Assembly: GCA_045591525.1 (NCBI GenBank)
Contig: JAZNTA010000191.1
Location: 31,461-95,460 of the forward strand
Source: Acutalibacteraceae bacterium
Lineage (GTDB): Bacteria; Bacillota; Clostridia; Oscillospirales; Acutalibacteraceae
Direction of reading: 5' to 3'
DNA length: 64,000 nt
The notes under the pieces were generated by a model. That model saw only the letters and a program-made list of their open reading frames with translations. It did no database searches and was not told the DNA's origin. A program made the translations under genes and the position numbers. Below, one piece after another: positions 19,745-28,710 of this stretch. How positions within the stretch are numbered: the first letter of the stretch is position 1; every line of letters begins with the position of its first letter.

Positions 19745-20647
19745 GTGAGTTTACAATCTGAAATAAACAACTATATTGCAGTTTGCGAAAATCTTAAGGG
19801 TTTAAGCAAACTGACAATAAAGGCATATAAAATTGATTTGAAACAATATCAAGAATATGCCAATGATTTGGACTGGCTTTCTAAAGAATGTATGACAACA
19901 TATATCGACCATTTATATAAAGCTTACAGTCCTAAAAGCGCTAAAAGAAAAATAGCGTGTCTAAAAGCATTCTATAGATATATGGAAATGGAAGATATCA
20001 TAGAATATAATCCATTTCATAAAATTAAAATTAAATACAAAGAACCAATTGTATTACCCAAGACCATTTCATTAAACGATATAAAGAATATATTGATTTT
20101 TTCGTATAATCAAAAAGAAAACAGTAAAACAAGTATTCAGAAAGAAACAAGATTACGAGATGTACTAATTTTAGAAATGCTATTTTCAACGGGAATGCGT
20201 GTATCTGAGATTTCACACTTGTCTGTTAACGATATCAATTTAATAGATGGGACAATTCGTATATTGGGTAAAGGTTCAAAGGAAAGGATAATGTGTCTAA
20301 CAAATGAATCTGTTCTGAAACTCTTAACTGAATATATAAACACTCAAAATAACACATCAAGCTATATGTTTACCAACCGTTTAGGAAACAGGTTGTCCGA
20401 ACAGTCAATAAGAAATATGGTAAACACCCATGCCTGCGCAGCCGGTGTAACGCAACATATAACGCCTCATATGTTCCGTCACACCTTTGCTACGGCTCTG
20501 CATGATGAAGATGTAGATATTAGGTATATTCAACAACTGCTTGGCCACAGTTCAATTTCAACAACCCAAATCTATACTCACATCAGTACAAACAAGATAC
20601 ATAAGCTTCTTGAAGAAAAACATCCAAGAAACAAGATAATACTCTGA
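19745..20647 (+). CDS. tyrosine site-specific recombinase (XerC/D-like integrase)
   Basis: 'GMRVSEI', 'GKGSKER', 'HMFRHTFAT', 'LLGHSSISTTQIYTH' (R-K-H-R-H-Y catalytic pattern); start GTG 19745 or TTG 19739. Confidence 0.85.
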   Translation: MSLQSEINNYIAVCENLKGLSKLTIKAYKIDLKQYQEYANDLDWLSKECMTTYIDHLYKAYSPKSAKRKIACLKAFYRYMEMEDIIEYNPFHKIKIKYKEPIVLPKTISLNDIKNILIFSYNQKENSKTSIQKETRLRDVLILEMLFSTGMRVSEISHLSVNDINLIDGTIRILGKGSKERIMCLTNESVLKLLTEYINTQNNTSSYMFTNRLGNRLSEQSIRNMVNTHACAAGVTQHITPHMFRHTFATALHDEDVDIRYIQQLLGHSSISTTQIYTHISTNKIHKLLEEKHPRNKIIL

Positions 20648-20656
20648 TTACAAATA

Positions 20657-20689
20657 CCTTCTGCACAATTGTTGTGTGGAAGGTTTTTT
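20657..20689 (+). terminator. intrinsic terminator
   Basis: CCTTCtgCACAAttgTTGTGtgGAAGG plus a T6 run. Confidence 0.75.
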
Positions 20690-20694
20690 CTTTT

Positions 20695-20718
20695 AAAGGA
20701 TAATTCTCAATTATCTGA
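20695..20718 (+). promoter_or_regulatory. palindromic operator candidate, copy 1
   Basis: AAAGGATAATTCTCAATTATCTGA; the same 21 nt occur upstream of the convergent gene at 23421-23445. Confidence 0.5.
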
Positions 20719-20782
20719 TATTAAATGATTTGTGACTGTATTTATAAAAAACATTCTAGTGTTTTTACAAAGGATGGCTGTA

Positions 20783-21967
20783 ATGAGAAGATATGAGACA
20801 AGCATAAAGGAATTAATGATTGCGCGTAATAATTACGAAAAAACCTCAAAGGAAGCACCTGTCTTTTTATCCGATTGGGATTCTGATTTTGAAAGTATTA
20901 AAATGCCCAATTTAGCTTTTAATGATCTAACAAGCCGTGCAATTCAAAAATATTATTTTTGGACTGATGAAGAAAACTATAAAACAAATATAATCGAATA
21001 TTTCAAAAGGACATTTTCGGATGATATTTTGCCAGAAACTTTTACGATAGCATCTAATGGAACATCCAGCCTTATGGTAACGATGTCTGCATTAAAAGAA
21101 AAAGGGATTCAAAAAGTTCTTATATTTACACCAATGTACTTTTCTACACTTAATCTTCTTGATGAAATGGACTTTGATGTTATAGAATACAATCTCTCAT
21201 ATGAAAATTCATTTGAAATTGATTTTGAAAATTTGGAAAAAGTTATACAAACAAACAATATCGAAGCCATTATAATTAACAATCCAATATTTGGTACGGG
21301 GATAGAACTTAAGATTGATGAAATAAAAAATATATCTTCAATTAGTAATAAATATAACATATGGTTTCTTATGGATTATATTTATGGTGGGCTTATATGG
21401 AATATTGATAATAAACACAACTACATTTTTAATTATCCTGTATATGAAGCGGTTCGGTTAGCCAATAAACATATATTTATTGAATCAATTTCTAAAAGGA
21501 TTTTTTTCAACGGAATAAAAATTGCACTTATTTTTTCTCAGCCAGATTTTATGAGGCGTATATTAAGATTATCTATTTTTATGGTAGGCTCAATGGCACT
21601 ACAACAAGTTGAGATTACAAAAAAAATATATTCTGTAGATAATCAAGATCAGATAATACAAAAAATATACGAAACTGCTGAGGAGTCAAAACGAAATTTC
21701 GAATTAATTAAAAGTATTTTAAAGGATTCACCATGTATTTTATCTGAGTCGATGAGTGGTTATTTTTCACTCGTAACTATTCCAAAGGCAGAAAAAGAAG
21801 ACGATTTAATTTTTGCCCAGAATATTTTAAAAAGAGAAGGCGTTTTAACTATACCACATTCACGATATTTATTAAGAACTTCAGCATCGTATTCGTTCAG
21901 AATTAATTTACTCATTAACAAGAACGAACTATTAACTGGTATAACTAAAATAAAAAATTTAGAATAA
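20783..21967 (+). CDS. PLP-dependent aminotransferase-fold enzyme (class I/II-like)
   Basis: Approx 395 aa; 'IASNGTSSLMVTM', 'FLMDYIYGG', putative PLP-lysine in 'ESISKRIFFNGIK'. Confidence 0.55.
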   Translation: MRRYETSIKELMIARNNYEKTSKEAPVFLSDWDSDFESIKMPNLAFNDLTSRAIQKYYFWTDEENYKTNIIEYFKRTFSDDILPETFTIASNGTSSLMVTMSALKEKGIQKVLIFTPMYFSTLNLLDEMDFDVIEYNLSYENSFEIDFENLEKVIQTNNIEAIIINNPIFGTGIELKIDEIKNISSISNKYNIWFLMDYIYGGLIWNIDNKHNYIFNYPVYEAVRLANKHIFIESISKRIFFNGIKIALIFSQPDFMRRILRLSIFMVGSMALQQVEITKKIYSVDNQDQIIQKIYETAEESKRNFELIKSILKDSPCILSESMSGYFSLVTIPKAEKEDDLIFAQNILKREGVLTIPHSRYLLRTSASYSFRINLLINKNELLTGITKIKNLE

Positions 21968-23405
21968 TATCAATTATTTCACCTTTAGCAAAATCATCTG
22001 CCAAATCTTTTATTGCTTTAGAATCGTCTGGAGCATTAAGCCAATTGTTTTTTTCAGCTAGTTTACATATCTTTTTTATTTCTGTTAAATCGCCTCCTGA
22101 TTCAGCAATTTTTTTAATTATCTCTTTTTTTACACTTTGTTCAATTTGAATACTAAATACATTATGCATTGTTTTTTTGGCTATGTGAGATACAAGCAAT
22201 ACTAATAGCGAAGCAGAAACAATCGTAAATATTATTGAACCTTTTTCTTCTGACAAAACTTTAAAATACGGTTTTTTATAGTAACTATTACAGTATTGTT
22301 CATTAACTGTATCAAATATAGTTTCTAGATAATCAATCGCTTCTTCGCTTTTACTAAAATTCAAATGGATTTTTGAACAACAAACAGAATGTGGTGAAAC
22401 CGAATACAACATCTTTATATTTAAATCAAAATTTTCAAGGAGTTTGTTTATTTCGAATATTTTTGATCGATATATTATTTCTTCATCAAACGGAAATGAA
22501 TTCCATTCATAATTTGACAAAAAATCATAAACTTTTAAATAGTCTTCTAAAGGCATTTTTTCATAATTGTAATAGAATTTTATCATATCAAACACTTTTA
22601 ATAATGTTCTTTTTCTAATCAAAGGTCTTTGACGAATAATTAAAGAAAAAATCCTACTAAATTCCCCCCAAAACATGTTTATATGCAAATCACCACTAAT
22701 TATGAGTGTATTCAAATATTCAAAATATTGTTTTTTGTTAATTAATGATGATAAAAATAACTGTAAATCCCCATCCCAAATTTCAACAACTTCTCCCCGA
22801 CACTTAAATCCAAAATTGTATATGTCGGTATTTTTATATAAATACGAAGTCCAAAGATCGCTACATAAGTAAACATCTCTTAATGAACAAGAATCAAATT
22901 TAAGATTTTCAGCAACACATTCAGACATGTCTACTTTTATAAATTCACAGTTCGTGAAGGTGTTACAGTCAAGAGAAGATTTTTTAAAGGTACAGTTAAT
23001 AAATGTACATTCCACAAATTCGCATTGATACATATTTATAATGACATCTTCATCTCTAAAAATACATTTTTTAAAATTAGAGTATTGTATTGCTACTCCT
23101 CTATAATTATTTTTATAAAAATGTGTTTTTTCAAAGAATGAATTTTTTATAAGGCAAGAACCAAAATTCACATTATTAAATTCGGTATTTAAAAAATATG
23201 TATCGATAAAATCTGCTCTGCCAAACTCATTCCTATTAAAAGTACAACTTTGAAAAGTACTGCGATTAAATTCACTTCTAAAAAAAGAAATTGAATTATC
23301 AATTATCGTGTAATCGATATCTTTAAAAATATAGTCAGATAAATCACATTTTTCGTGATTCTCACCATTTTCAACATAATAACGAATGTTTTGTAAGTCT
23401 TTCAT
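21945..23405 (-). CDS. pentapeptide-repeat protein with C-terminal TM-containing domain
   Basis: N-terminal approx 200 aa of pentapeptide repeats; TM 'IIFTIVSASLLVLLVSHI'; GAGAGAGGA RBS plus ATG 23405. Confidence 0.65.
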   Translation of the reverse strand: MKDLQNIRYYVENGENHEKCDLSDYIFKDIDYTIIDNSISFFRSEFNRSTFQSCTFNRNEFGRADFIDTYFLNTEFNNVNFGSCLIKNSFFEKTHFYKNNYRGVAIQYSNFKKCIFRDEDVIINMYQCEFVECTFINCTFKKSSLDCNTFTNCEFIKVDMSECVAENLKFDSCSLRDVYLCSDLWTSYLYKNTDIYNFGFKCRGEVVEIWDGDLQLFLSSLINKKQYFEYLNTLIISGDLHINMFWGEFSRIFSLIIRQRPLIRKRTLLKVFDMIKFYYNYEKMPLEDYLKVYDFLSNYEWNSFPFDEEIIYRSKIFEINKLLENFDLNIKMLYSVSPHSVCCSKIHLNFSKSEEAIDYLETIFDTVNEQYCNSYYKKPYFKVLSEEKGSIIFTIVSASLLVLLVSHIAKKTMHNVFSIQIEQSVKKEIIKKIAESGGDLTEIKKICKLAEKNNWLNAPDDSKAIKDLADDFAKGEIIDIILNFLF

Positions 23406-23420
23406 ATTATCCTCTCTCTT

Positions 23421-23445
23421 AAAGGATAATTGAGAATTATCCTTT
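23421..23445 (-). promoter_or_regulatory. palindromic operator or 5'-UTR hairpin, copy 2
   Basis: Perfect 11-bp arms AAAGGATAATT-gag-AATTATCCTTT, 16 nt upstream of the start codon. Confidence 0.5.
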
Positions 23446-23540
23446 ATTTGTAAACAATTTCTATTTATATATGACAAATTTCGCGGAACACTTCAAAAAA
23501 ATTTTTTATTTTTTATCCTTTCTGCTTTTTGCACAACGTG

Positions 23541-23570
23541 ATGTTGTGATATTTGTCGAAATTTGCCATA
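23541..23570 (-). promoter_or_regulatory. degenerate copy of the 31-bp double-repeat box
   Basis: 'TGTTGTGATatttgtcgaaatTTGCCATA' about 136 nt upstream of the 23405 start, the same distance as the good copies. Confidence 0.3.
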
Positions 23571-23576
23571 CAAAAG

Positions 23577-24923
23577 TTAAACTAAAGCTGGTTCGGTGTC
23601 TTTTGGTGTAAAATCTACGATTCTTTTTGTTGACTGTGGTTGTGTTACATTATTCAAATAACTAACAGCATTGAACATGTTAACGATACCGTGTTTGACC
23701 GGAATATCTGCCTTTTCACAAGAGTTATACAAAACCTGCTTTATTTGTTCATTGTTTAAGTTGGGGTGTTGAGTTTTTATCATTGCACAAACCGAAGTTA
23801 CAAACGGTGCAGCACAAGAGGTTCCTGTAAACTCAACATAATCTCCATCTGCATAAGTAGATGGTAATTTTAAAATCTCTCCTGGTGCTGCTACTTTTAC
23901 CCAATCACCAAATGCTGCCTTTTTGTATAATTCATCTGATTGATTAATTGCAGTAACAGATACAACGCCATCACAAGCAGCAGGATACTGTGGTTGTTCA
24001 CTTCTGACATTGCCGACAGATGCAATGTGTAAGGGCTTTGATATCCCACTATTGAATTTAGCAAACATACCATAACTACTGTTAATAAAATCCACACCAT
24101 CAAGTTCCGCTTGCATTTCAGCTAAATGCAAAATGGATAATGTTGTTTCATTAGCACTGAAAATTTTATATGATACAAACTTTACATTTGGGAGTGTGTT
24201 TTCCATCAGAACGCTACAAACCCTTGCTCCGTGTCCTGTAGTGGAAGCAAACGGGTTTTCTGGTTCTTCTGTGAAACAATGTGCAGCCACAAGTCGATAT
24301 GCAAAGTCATCATTTCCCATTTCAACACCATCGTCGATTATACCTACTATAACATCAGGTAAATTATTGAGGTGTTTATTTTTCAATATGTATTCAAATG
24401 CTTCTTTACTTTTGATGCGTTCATATCCCCAAGAGTGCTGAATTTCAGCTCTGTGAAGCGAAAGTTTAGATGTGTCAGATGAGTGTGTCTTTTCCAGTTC
24501 AATTACGATATCAGGAACAACAAGTTTTATATTTGGGTTTTTGTTGTATTTTGTGAAAGCTGAGAAGGCATCAAGAGGAGTAGCATATTGTAATATATGC
24601 ATATCACCATAGCCTGAAATATGATCTATTGCTCCGTATTTATCAAAAGCTACATCAGCGTAAACAATTAGTCGTTTTGATGTAAAATGCTTTTTTGTGT
24701 AATCTTTCCCTACATCATTGTTATTTAAATTATAGTGGTTTACAAATCGCAAAACCTCTTTTGAAAAATCTTTCAATTTAACAGATTGTATTCTTTGTAT
24801 GGAATTATTCTTTGCGTTCAAATTGTTAGTGGAGTTATCATTCATTGTTATATTTACCGTCTTTATAAATATATTTTTAATGTTATTTAAGAATACACAT
24901 ATAATCATACTCTTAAATAACAC
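23577..24923 (-). CDS. subtilisin-like S8 serine peptidase without signal peptide
   Basis: Catalytic 'GIIDDGV' (D), 'TTGHGARV' (H), 'GTSCAAPFV' (S); start uncertain (24923, 24908 or 24845). Confidence 0.75.
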   Translation of the reverse strand: MLFKSMIICVFLNNIKNIFIKTVNITMNDNSTNNLNAKNNSIQRIQSVKLKDFSKEVLRFVNHYNLNNNDVGKDYTKKHFTSKRLIVYADVAFDKYGAIDHISGYGDMHILQYATPLDAFSAFTKYNKNPNIKLVVPDIVIELEKTHSSDTSKLSLHRAEIQHSWGYERIKSKEAFEYILKNKHLNNLPDVIVGIIDDGVEMGNDDFAYRLVAAHCFTEEPENPFASTTGHGARVCSVLMENTLPNVKFVSYKIFSANETTLSILHLAEMQAELDGVDFINSSYGMFAKFNSGISKPLHIASVGNVRSEQPQYPAACDGVVSVTAINQSDELYKKAAFGDWVKVAAPGEILKLPSTYADGDYVEFTGTSCAAPFVTSVCAMIKTQHPNLNNEQIKQVLYNSCEKADIPVKHGIVNMFNAVSYLNNVTQPQSTKRIVDFTPKDTEPALV

Positions 24924-25162
24924 CCCATTTATATATGCTGTTTCTCATATAAACATTTCAGCATTTTTGTGGAGTTTTTGTTTTATACATTTCCAATGTA
25001 ATTTTAGTTATAAATTTGTATTATTTGACTTAAATCATCACTTTTATGGAAATCATTTGCGCACAATGAAACTGATATTATGATATCAGTTTTTATTAGA
25101 TATGGGGATTATATGTAAAATATAACATTAATATTATCCGTATATTAGAGTTTTTGACAAAA

Positions 25163-25192
25163 TGCAAGAAATAAATGTAGAAACGCAAGAAA
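25163..25192 (-). promoter_or_regulatory. double-repeat box a (candidate LytTR site)
   Basis: + strand TGCAAGAAAtaaatgtagaaaCGCAAGAAA, 21-bp period; upstream of the S8 peptidase gene. Confidence 0.55.
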
Positions 25193-25218
25193 ATATGTTG
25201 AACAAACCAAAACAATAA

Positions 25219-25251
25219 AAGACGATACACCAAACCCAAGTGTATCGTCTT
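25219..25251 (-). terminator. intrinsic terminator of the 27531-25275 operon
   Basis: AAGACGATACAC...GTGTATCGTCTT 12-bp stem. Confidence 0.65.
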
Positions 25252-25274
25252 ATTTAAATGGTTAGATATAAGCG

Positions 25275-25463
25275 TTAATCTAAATCTCTTAACTTATCTT
25301 TAATTAATGCAACGTAATTACGTCTTTGAGTATCATTTTTGATACATTCTGCACTTGATAAAGCCTGATTCAACAATTCTCTTTTTCTGTTTTTATTTGA
25401 AACAGAATCAGCAGCCTCTATCAATGTTTCAACATTTGAAACCCAACCATCTTCCCATGCCAT
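25275..25463 (-). CDS. small hydrophilic hypothetical protein
   Basis: 62 aa, last gene of a four-gene minus-strand operon. Confidence 0.45.
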   Translation of the reverse strand: MAWEDGWVSNVETLIEAADSVSNKNRKRELLNQALSSAECIKNDTQRRNYVALIKDKLRDLD

Positions 25464-25498
25464 AACGCCACCCCCTATATATATTTAAATAGTAAATG

Positions 25499-26029
25499 TT
25501 ATTTATCGATTGAATCATCTAAAGAAGTTTTTTCTTTTTGAGGGAGTGAAGAAACATCACTCCATTCTCCATTTGTTAACTGGTCTAGCCGTTCTTCAAG
25601 TAATTCAATTTCATATGGTAAAATAAAAATTGTATATATATTTCTATAATGTTTTAAAAACTTTTTGTTATAAAACCAGAGAACGCCCATAATCAAAACA
25701 AAAGCTATAAAACAAAGAAACAGTATATAAATTATTGTGTTACATAAATTGAAACATTTTAAATTCTTTATAGATTCAAAGACAATATTATCTAAAATGC
25801 AACCAATTAAATAACCAACAAGTCCTACTGCAATGCTTAACGATACTTCGTTTTTAGCAAAGCTCCGTTGTTTTGCTTCCACCAAAAGGTTTGTTACAAG
25901 GTTTTTATCGTTTATTTGAAAATATGTATTTTTAAATTCCTGTCTGATTTCATTAACAGTCGAGAAATCAACTTTATTTTTCTTTTTTATTTGTTTGTAC
26001 AAATCATAGCCATATAAATTTTTGTCCAT
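25499..26029 (-). CDS. two-TM membrane protein, 'LPYE' family (paralogue of 35110-35637)
   Basis: Same size and topology as 35110-35637, shared 'F(I/V)LPYE..L..E(R/K)L' motif after TM2. Confidence 0.6.
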   Translation of the reverse strand: MDKNLYGYDLYKQIKKKNKVDFSTVNEIRQEFKNTYFQINDKNLVTNLLVEAKQRSFAKNEVSLSIAVGLVGYLIGCILDNIVFESIKNLKCFNLCNTIIYILFLCFIAFVLIMGVLWFYNKKFLKHYRNIYTIFILPYEIELLEERLDQLTNGEWSDVSSLPQKEKTSLDDSIDK

Positions 26030-26167
26030 ATGTTATTTCTCCTCCGAACCATTTTAAACCACAAGTTAAACAAAACCACTGGTGTGCGGTATAGTATTTT
26101 ATTTTCAAACAAAATTATTGCAAAGTATGTTTATAAATTACTTGAAAGAATTATTTAGAAGTTTTTA

Positions 26168-26962
26168 TCATTCTGATTTGTTCAAATCCGCTAATGCCTT
26201 TTGGCAACGTGTTTCTATTTCTATCAAATTCTTATCAAGATCCATTAACTGTTTTGCCAAACATTCTTCAAGTTCTTCAGTATATGTGTTTATAATATAA
26301 TTTGATTCATTTAAAGAAAATTCACTCGAAAGTGTGGTGTATAATTGTTTCATAATATGATACGCATTATATAATCTAAACACATCAACTCCGGTTGTAT
26401 TCGTTTTAATATTTAGTGTTCTTTCTCGTACATAATTATCAGTAATTTGAATTGTTTTCGTCATAGCGATTCGCAAATAATATAAAGCTTCATGAAAATA
26501 ATATGTTCTTAAATTTATATCACTATTTGACTTCATACCTTTAATAAAATTTTCAGATATAATTAAATTATCAAAGGCAATATTATCAAAATCTGCAATT
26601 ATTTCATCTATTTTTTTCTGAGAAACATCAACTGAATGGCTTCTTTTGTTGAAAATAAGATTATTCACTTTTCTTGTAATAAACGAATATATAGTTTTTG
26701 TTACTATAAAAAGGATACAATACAAAACCACTGCAACAATAAAAAATATAACAATCGATTTAATCGTTGATGGCGTCATATCTTTGATTATATATTTTTC
26801 TGTAAGAAAAGCGATAAATAGCGATAACGCAGAGGAGAAAACAACTTCAATAAGATTTACGACATTATCATTCTTTTTTTCAGACGTTTCTTCCATAAGT
26901 GAGGCTGTTTTTTTTATCATTTGATGATTGGTTAATTCTAAACATTTTATTTTCTCATACAT
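26168..26962 (-). CDS. hypothetical two-TM membrane protein
   Basis: 264 aa, two N-proximal TM helices, helical C-terminal domain. Confidence 0.55.
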   Translation of the reverse strand: MYEKIKCLELTNHQMIKKTASLMEETSEKKNDNVVNLIEVVFSSALSLFIAFLTEKYIIKDMTPSTIKSIVIFFIVAVVLYCILFIVTKTIYSFITRKVNNLIFNKRSHSVDVSQKKIDEIIADFDNIAFDNLIISENFIKGMKSNSDINLRTYYFHEALYYLRIAMTKTIQITDNYVRERTLNIKTNTTGVDVFRLYNAYHIMKQLYTTLSSEFSLNESNYIINTYTEELEECLAKQLMDLDKNLIEIETRCQKALADLNKSE

Positions 26963-26976
26963 AGCCTAAACTCCTT

Positions 26977-27531
26977 TCACTTAAAAATTTTATTTAATGG
27001 ACTTGTATGATTCTCTAAATCATCTTTTATATGATTAGCAGCGTGTTGTTCACCATTTATACCATTATTCCTACGAAAAATATTATATGCATTTGCTTGC
27101 ATTTCATAAAAGGCTTCTTTATAAGTTTTCCCAACTAGTTTTTTTAATTCTTCAGGTATATCGTTTCCTTCTTTTTCTATATCTTCTACCAGTTCACATA
27201 CTGCTTGAAAAATATACCAAAGTTTATAAGGGATTTTTATACAATTATGTGTATTACCGTCTATACTTATGTATATCTTTCTTAACGACGCAACTTCTCG
27301 CTTTGATGTTTTTAAATAATAATACCTTTTACCTAATCCCAGAATTTCATCAGTGCGTTTTCTTATAGCGAAATAACCATTACCCTTGTCCGTTTGACGA
27401 CCATAATTTCTGTTTCTACCTATAAACTCTAAAAGTTTATCAAAATCATCTCCGCTAAAACTTTCTTTGTCTACAACATCAACATTGAAATATTTGTAAT
27501 ACCCCTGATTAATAATGTGTTTCTTGTTCAT
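26977..27531 (-). CDS. hypothetical protein
   Basis: 184 aa, first gene of the operon. Confidence 0.55.
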   Translation of the reverse strand: MNKKHIINQGYYKYFNVDVVDKESFSGDDFDKLLEFIGRNRNYGRQTDKGNGYFAIRKRTDEILGLGKRYYYLKTSKREVASLRKIYISIDGNTHNCIKIPYKLWYIFQAVCELVEDIEKEGNDIPEELKKLVGKTYKEAFYEMQANAYNIFRRNNGINGEQHAANHIKDDLENHTSPLNKIFK

Positions 27532-27661
27532 ATATATGTTCCTTTCTCATTTCAAAGAATTCTAATCACACTGCTCTATATTTTCTGAAATCAGAGCGTA
27601 TTATAGAATGTTATTTAAATTGTAATATAAAATCCATATAAACACCTACATTTTTACAAAA

Positions 27662-27691
27662 CGCAAGAAATAATTGTCGAATTGCAAGGAT
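27662..27691 (-). promoter_or_regulatory. double-repeat box b
   Basis: CGCAAGAAAtaattgtcgaatTGCAAGGA, 131 nt upstream of the start at 27531. Confidence 0.6.
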
Positions 27692-27733
27692 TTTGGGAGA
27701 AATTTGTCGAAACAAGATATTGTTTGAACATAA

Positions 27734-27818
27734 AAAGGACTACTGTACCTATATGGTGACAGTAGTCCTTTGCTTTGTGAATAGGTTAATTAAGTATACA
27801 ATAAATAATTAATAACAG
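27734..27818 (+). repeat. 85-bp imperfect direct repeat, copy B
   Basis: Aligns with 16995-17080 including the hairpin GGACTACTG...CAGTAGTCC. Confidence 0.8.
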
Positions 27819-28058
27819 TTATTTAACACTAAATATTCACACCTTATTATATTTCATATTTAAAGTATAATACAAAAACAGTTGAAATATATTAGCATAA
27901 CGATACGAATAATTTAAAGCGCCTAAATGAAGTTGTTCTAACAACTTTTGGCCTTTAAATAAACAAAAAATGTTTGTAAATACTTGATTATGATATTACA
28001 TATTGTTCCTTTAGTTTTCATTTGAAATTTGATAATCTCTGCTTAATGAATACATATA

Positions 28059-28691
28059 TTAACTGTTAATATATAATTTGATAATATCTTTTACATTTTC
28101 AGGCAAATCTCCGGAAATAATATGGCTAAAACCTATGTCGTTATTATCTTTTTTATATATACTTCCACTTTCATTTAACTGAAAAACTCCTCCTATCTCA
28201 CTAGACACTGCAAAAAACACTATTGAGTCCTTGTTTATCTTATCCACAGAAACCTCAAAAGATGACAAAGCATTTAAAATATCATTAATGTGATCGTTAT
28301 TTGTAATTGTTATATGTTTATCTCCCCCACCTAAACTCATAATCAGTTTATCAGTCATATCTGATGTAGGAAACTCTGGTAGTTTATAGTCATTTTTTAT
28401 ATAAACTTCATTCCCTAAAATTTCCTCTCGATAAATAATATTTCTATCTTTATCAGTTTTTAAAACAGACATTCCGAATAAATTATAATAACCAATATCA
28501 GTCCGATACCAACTGTTATCCGAACCAAAAGGTATAAAATTACCATTAAGATAATCGAATACTGTATATTTTTCATTTAGGAATTTGATTTCGTTTTTCC
28601 CTCTTGTGTAACTTCTAAATGCAACTGAAACAGAAAAATATAAAATAATTATAGACAAAACAACTAGAATTGTTTTTTTTATTATTTTCAT
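28059..28691 (-). CDS. putative immunity protein for RHS toxin 1 (membrane-anchored, extracytoplasmic)
   Basis: Begins 19 nt after the RHS stop; N-terminal anchor 'ILVVLSIIILYFSVSVAF'. Confidence 0.5.
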   Translation of the reverse strand: MKIIKKTILVVLSIIILYFSVSVAFRSYTRGKNEIKFLNEKYTVFDYLNGNFIPFGSDNSWYRTDIGYYNLFGMSVLKTDKDRNIIYREEILGNEVYIKNDYKLPEFPTSDMTDKLIMSLGGGDKHITITNNDHINDILNALSSFEVSVDKINKDSIVFFAVSSEIGGVFQLNESGSIYKKDNNDIGFSHIISGDLPENVKDIIKLYINS

Positions 28692-28710
28692 CTAAAAACA
28701 CCTTTTTTAA

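Noticed and set aside
24799-25083. 94-aa plus-strand ORF between the S8 gene and box a
   Set aside because: It is a hydrophobic low-complexity translation of AT-rich DNA with no RBS, and it overlaps the S8 5' region on the opposite strand.
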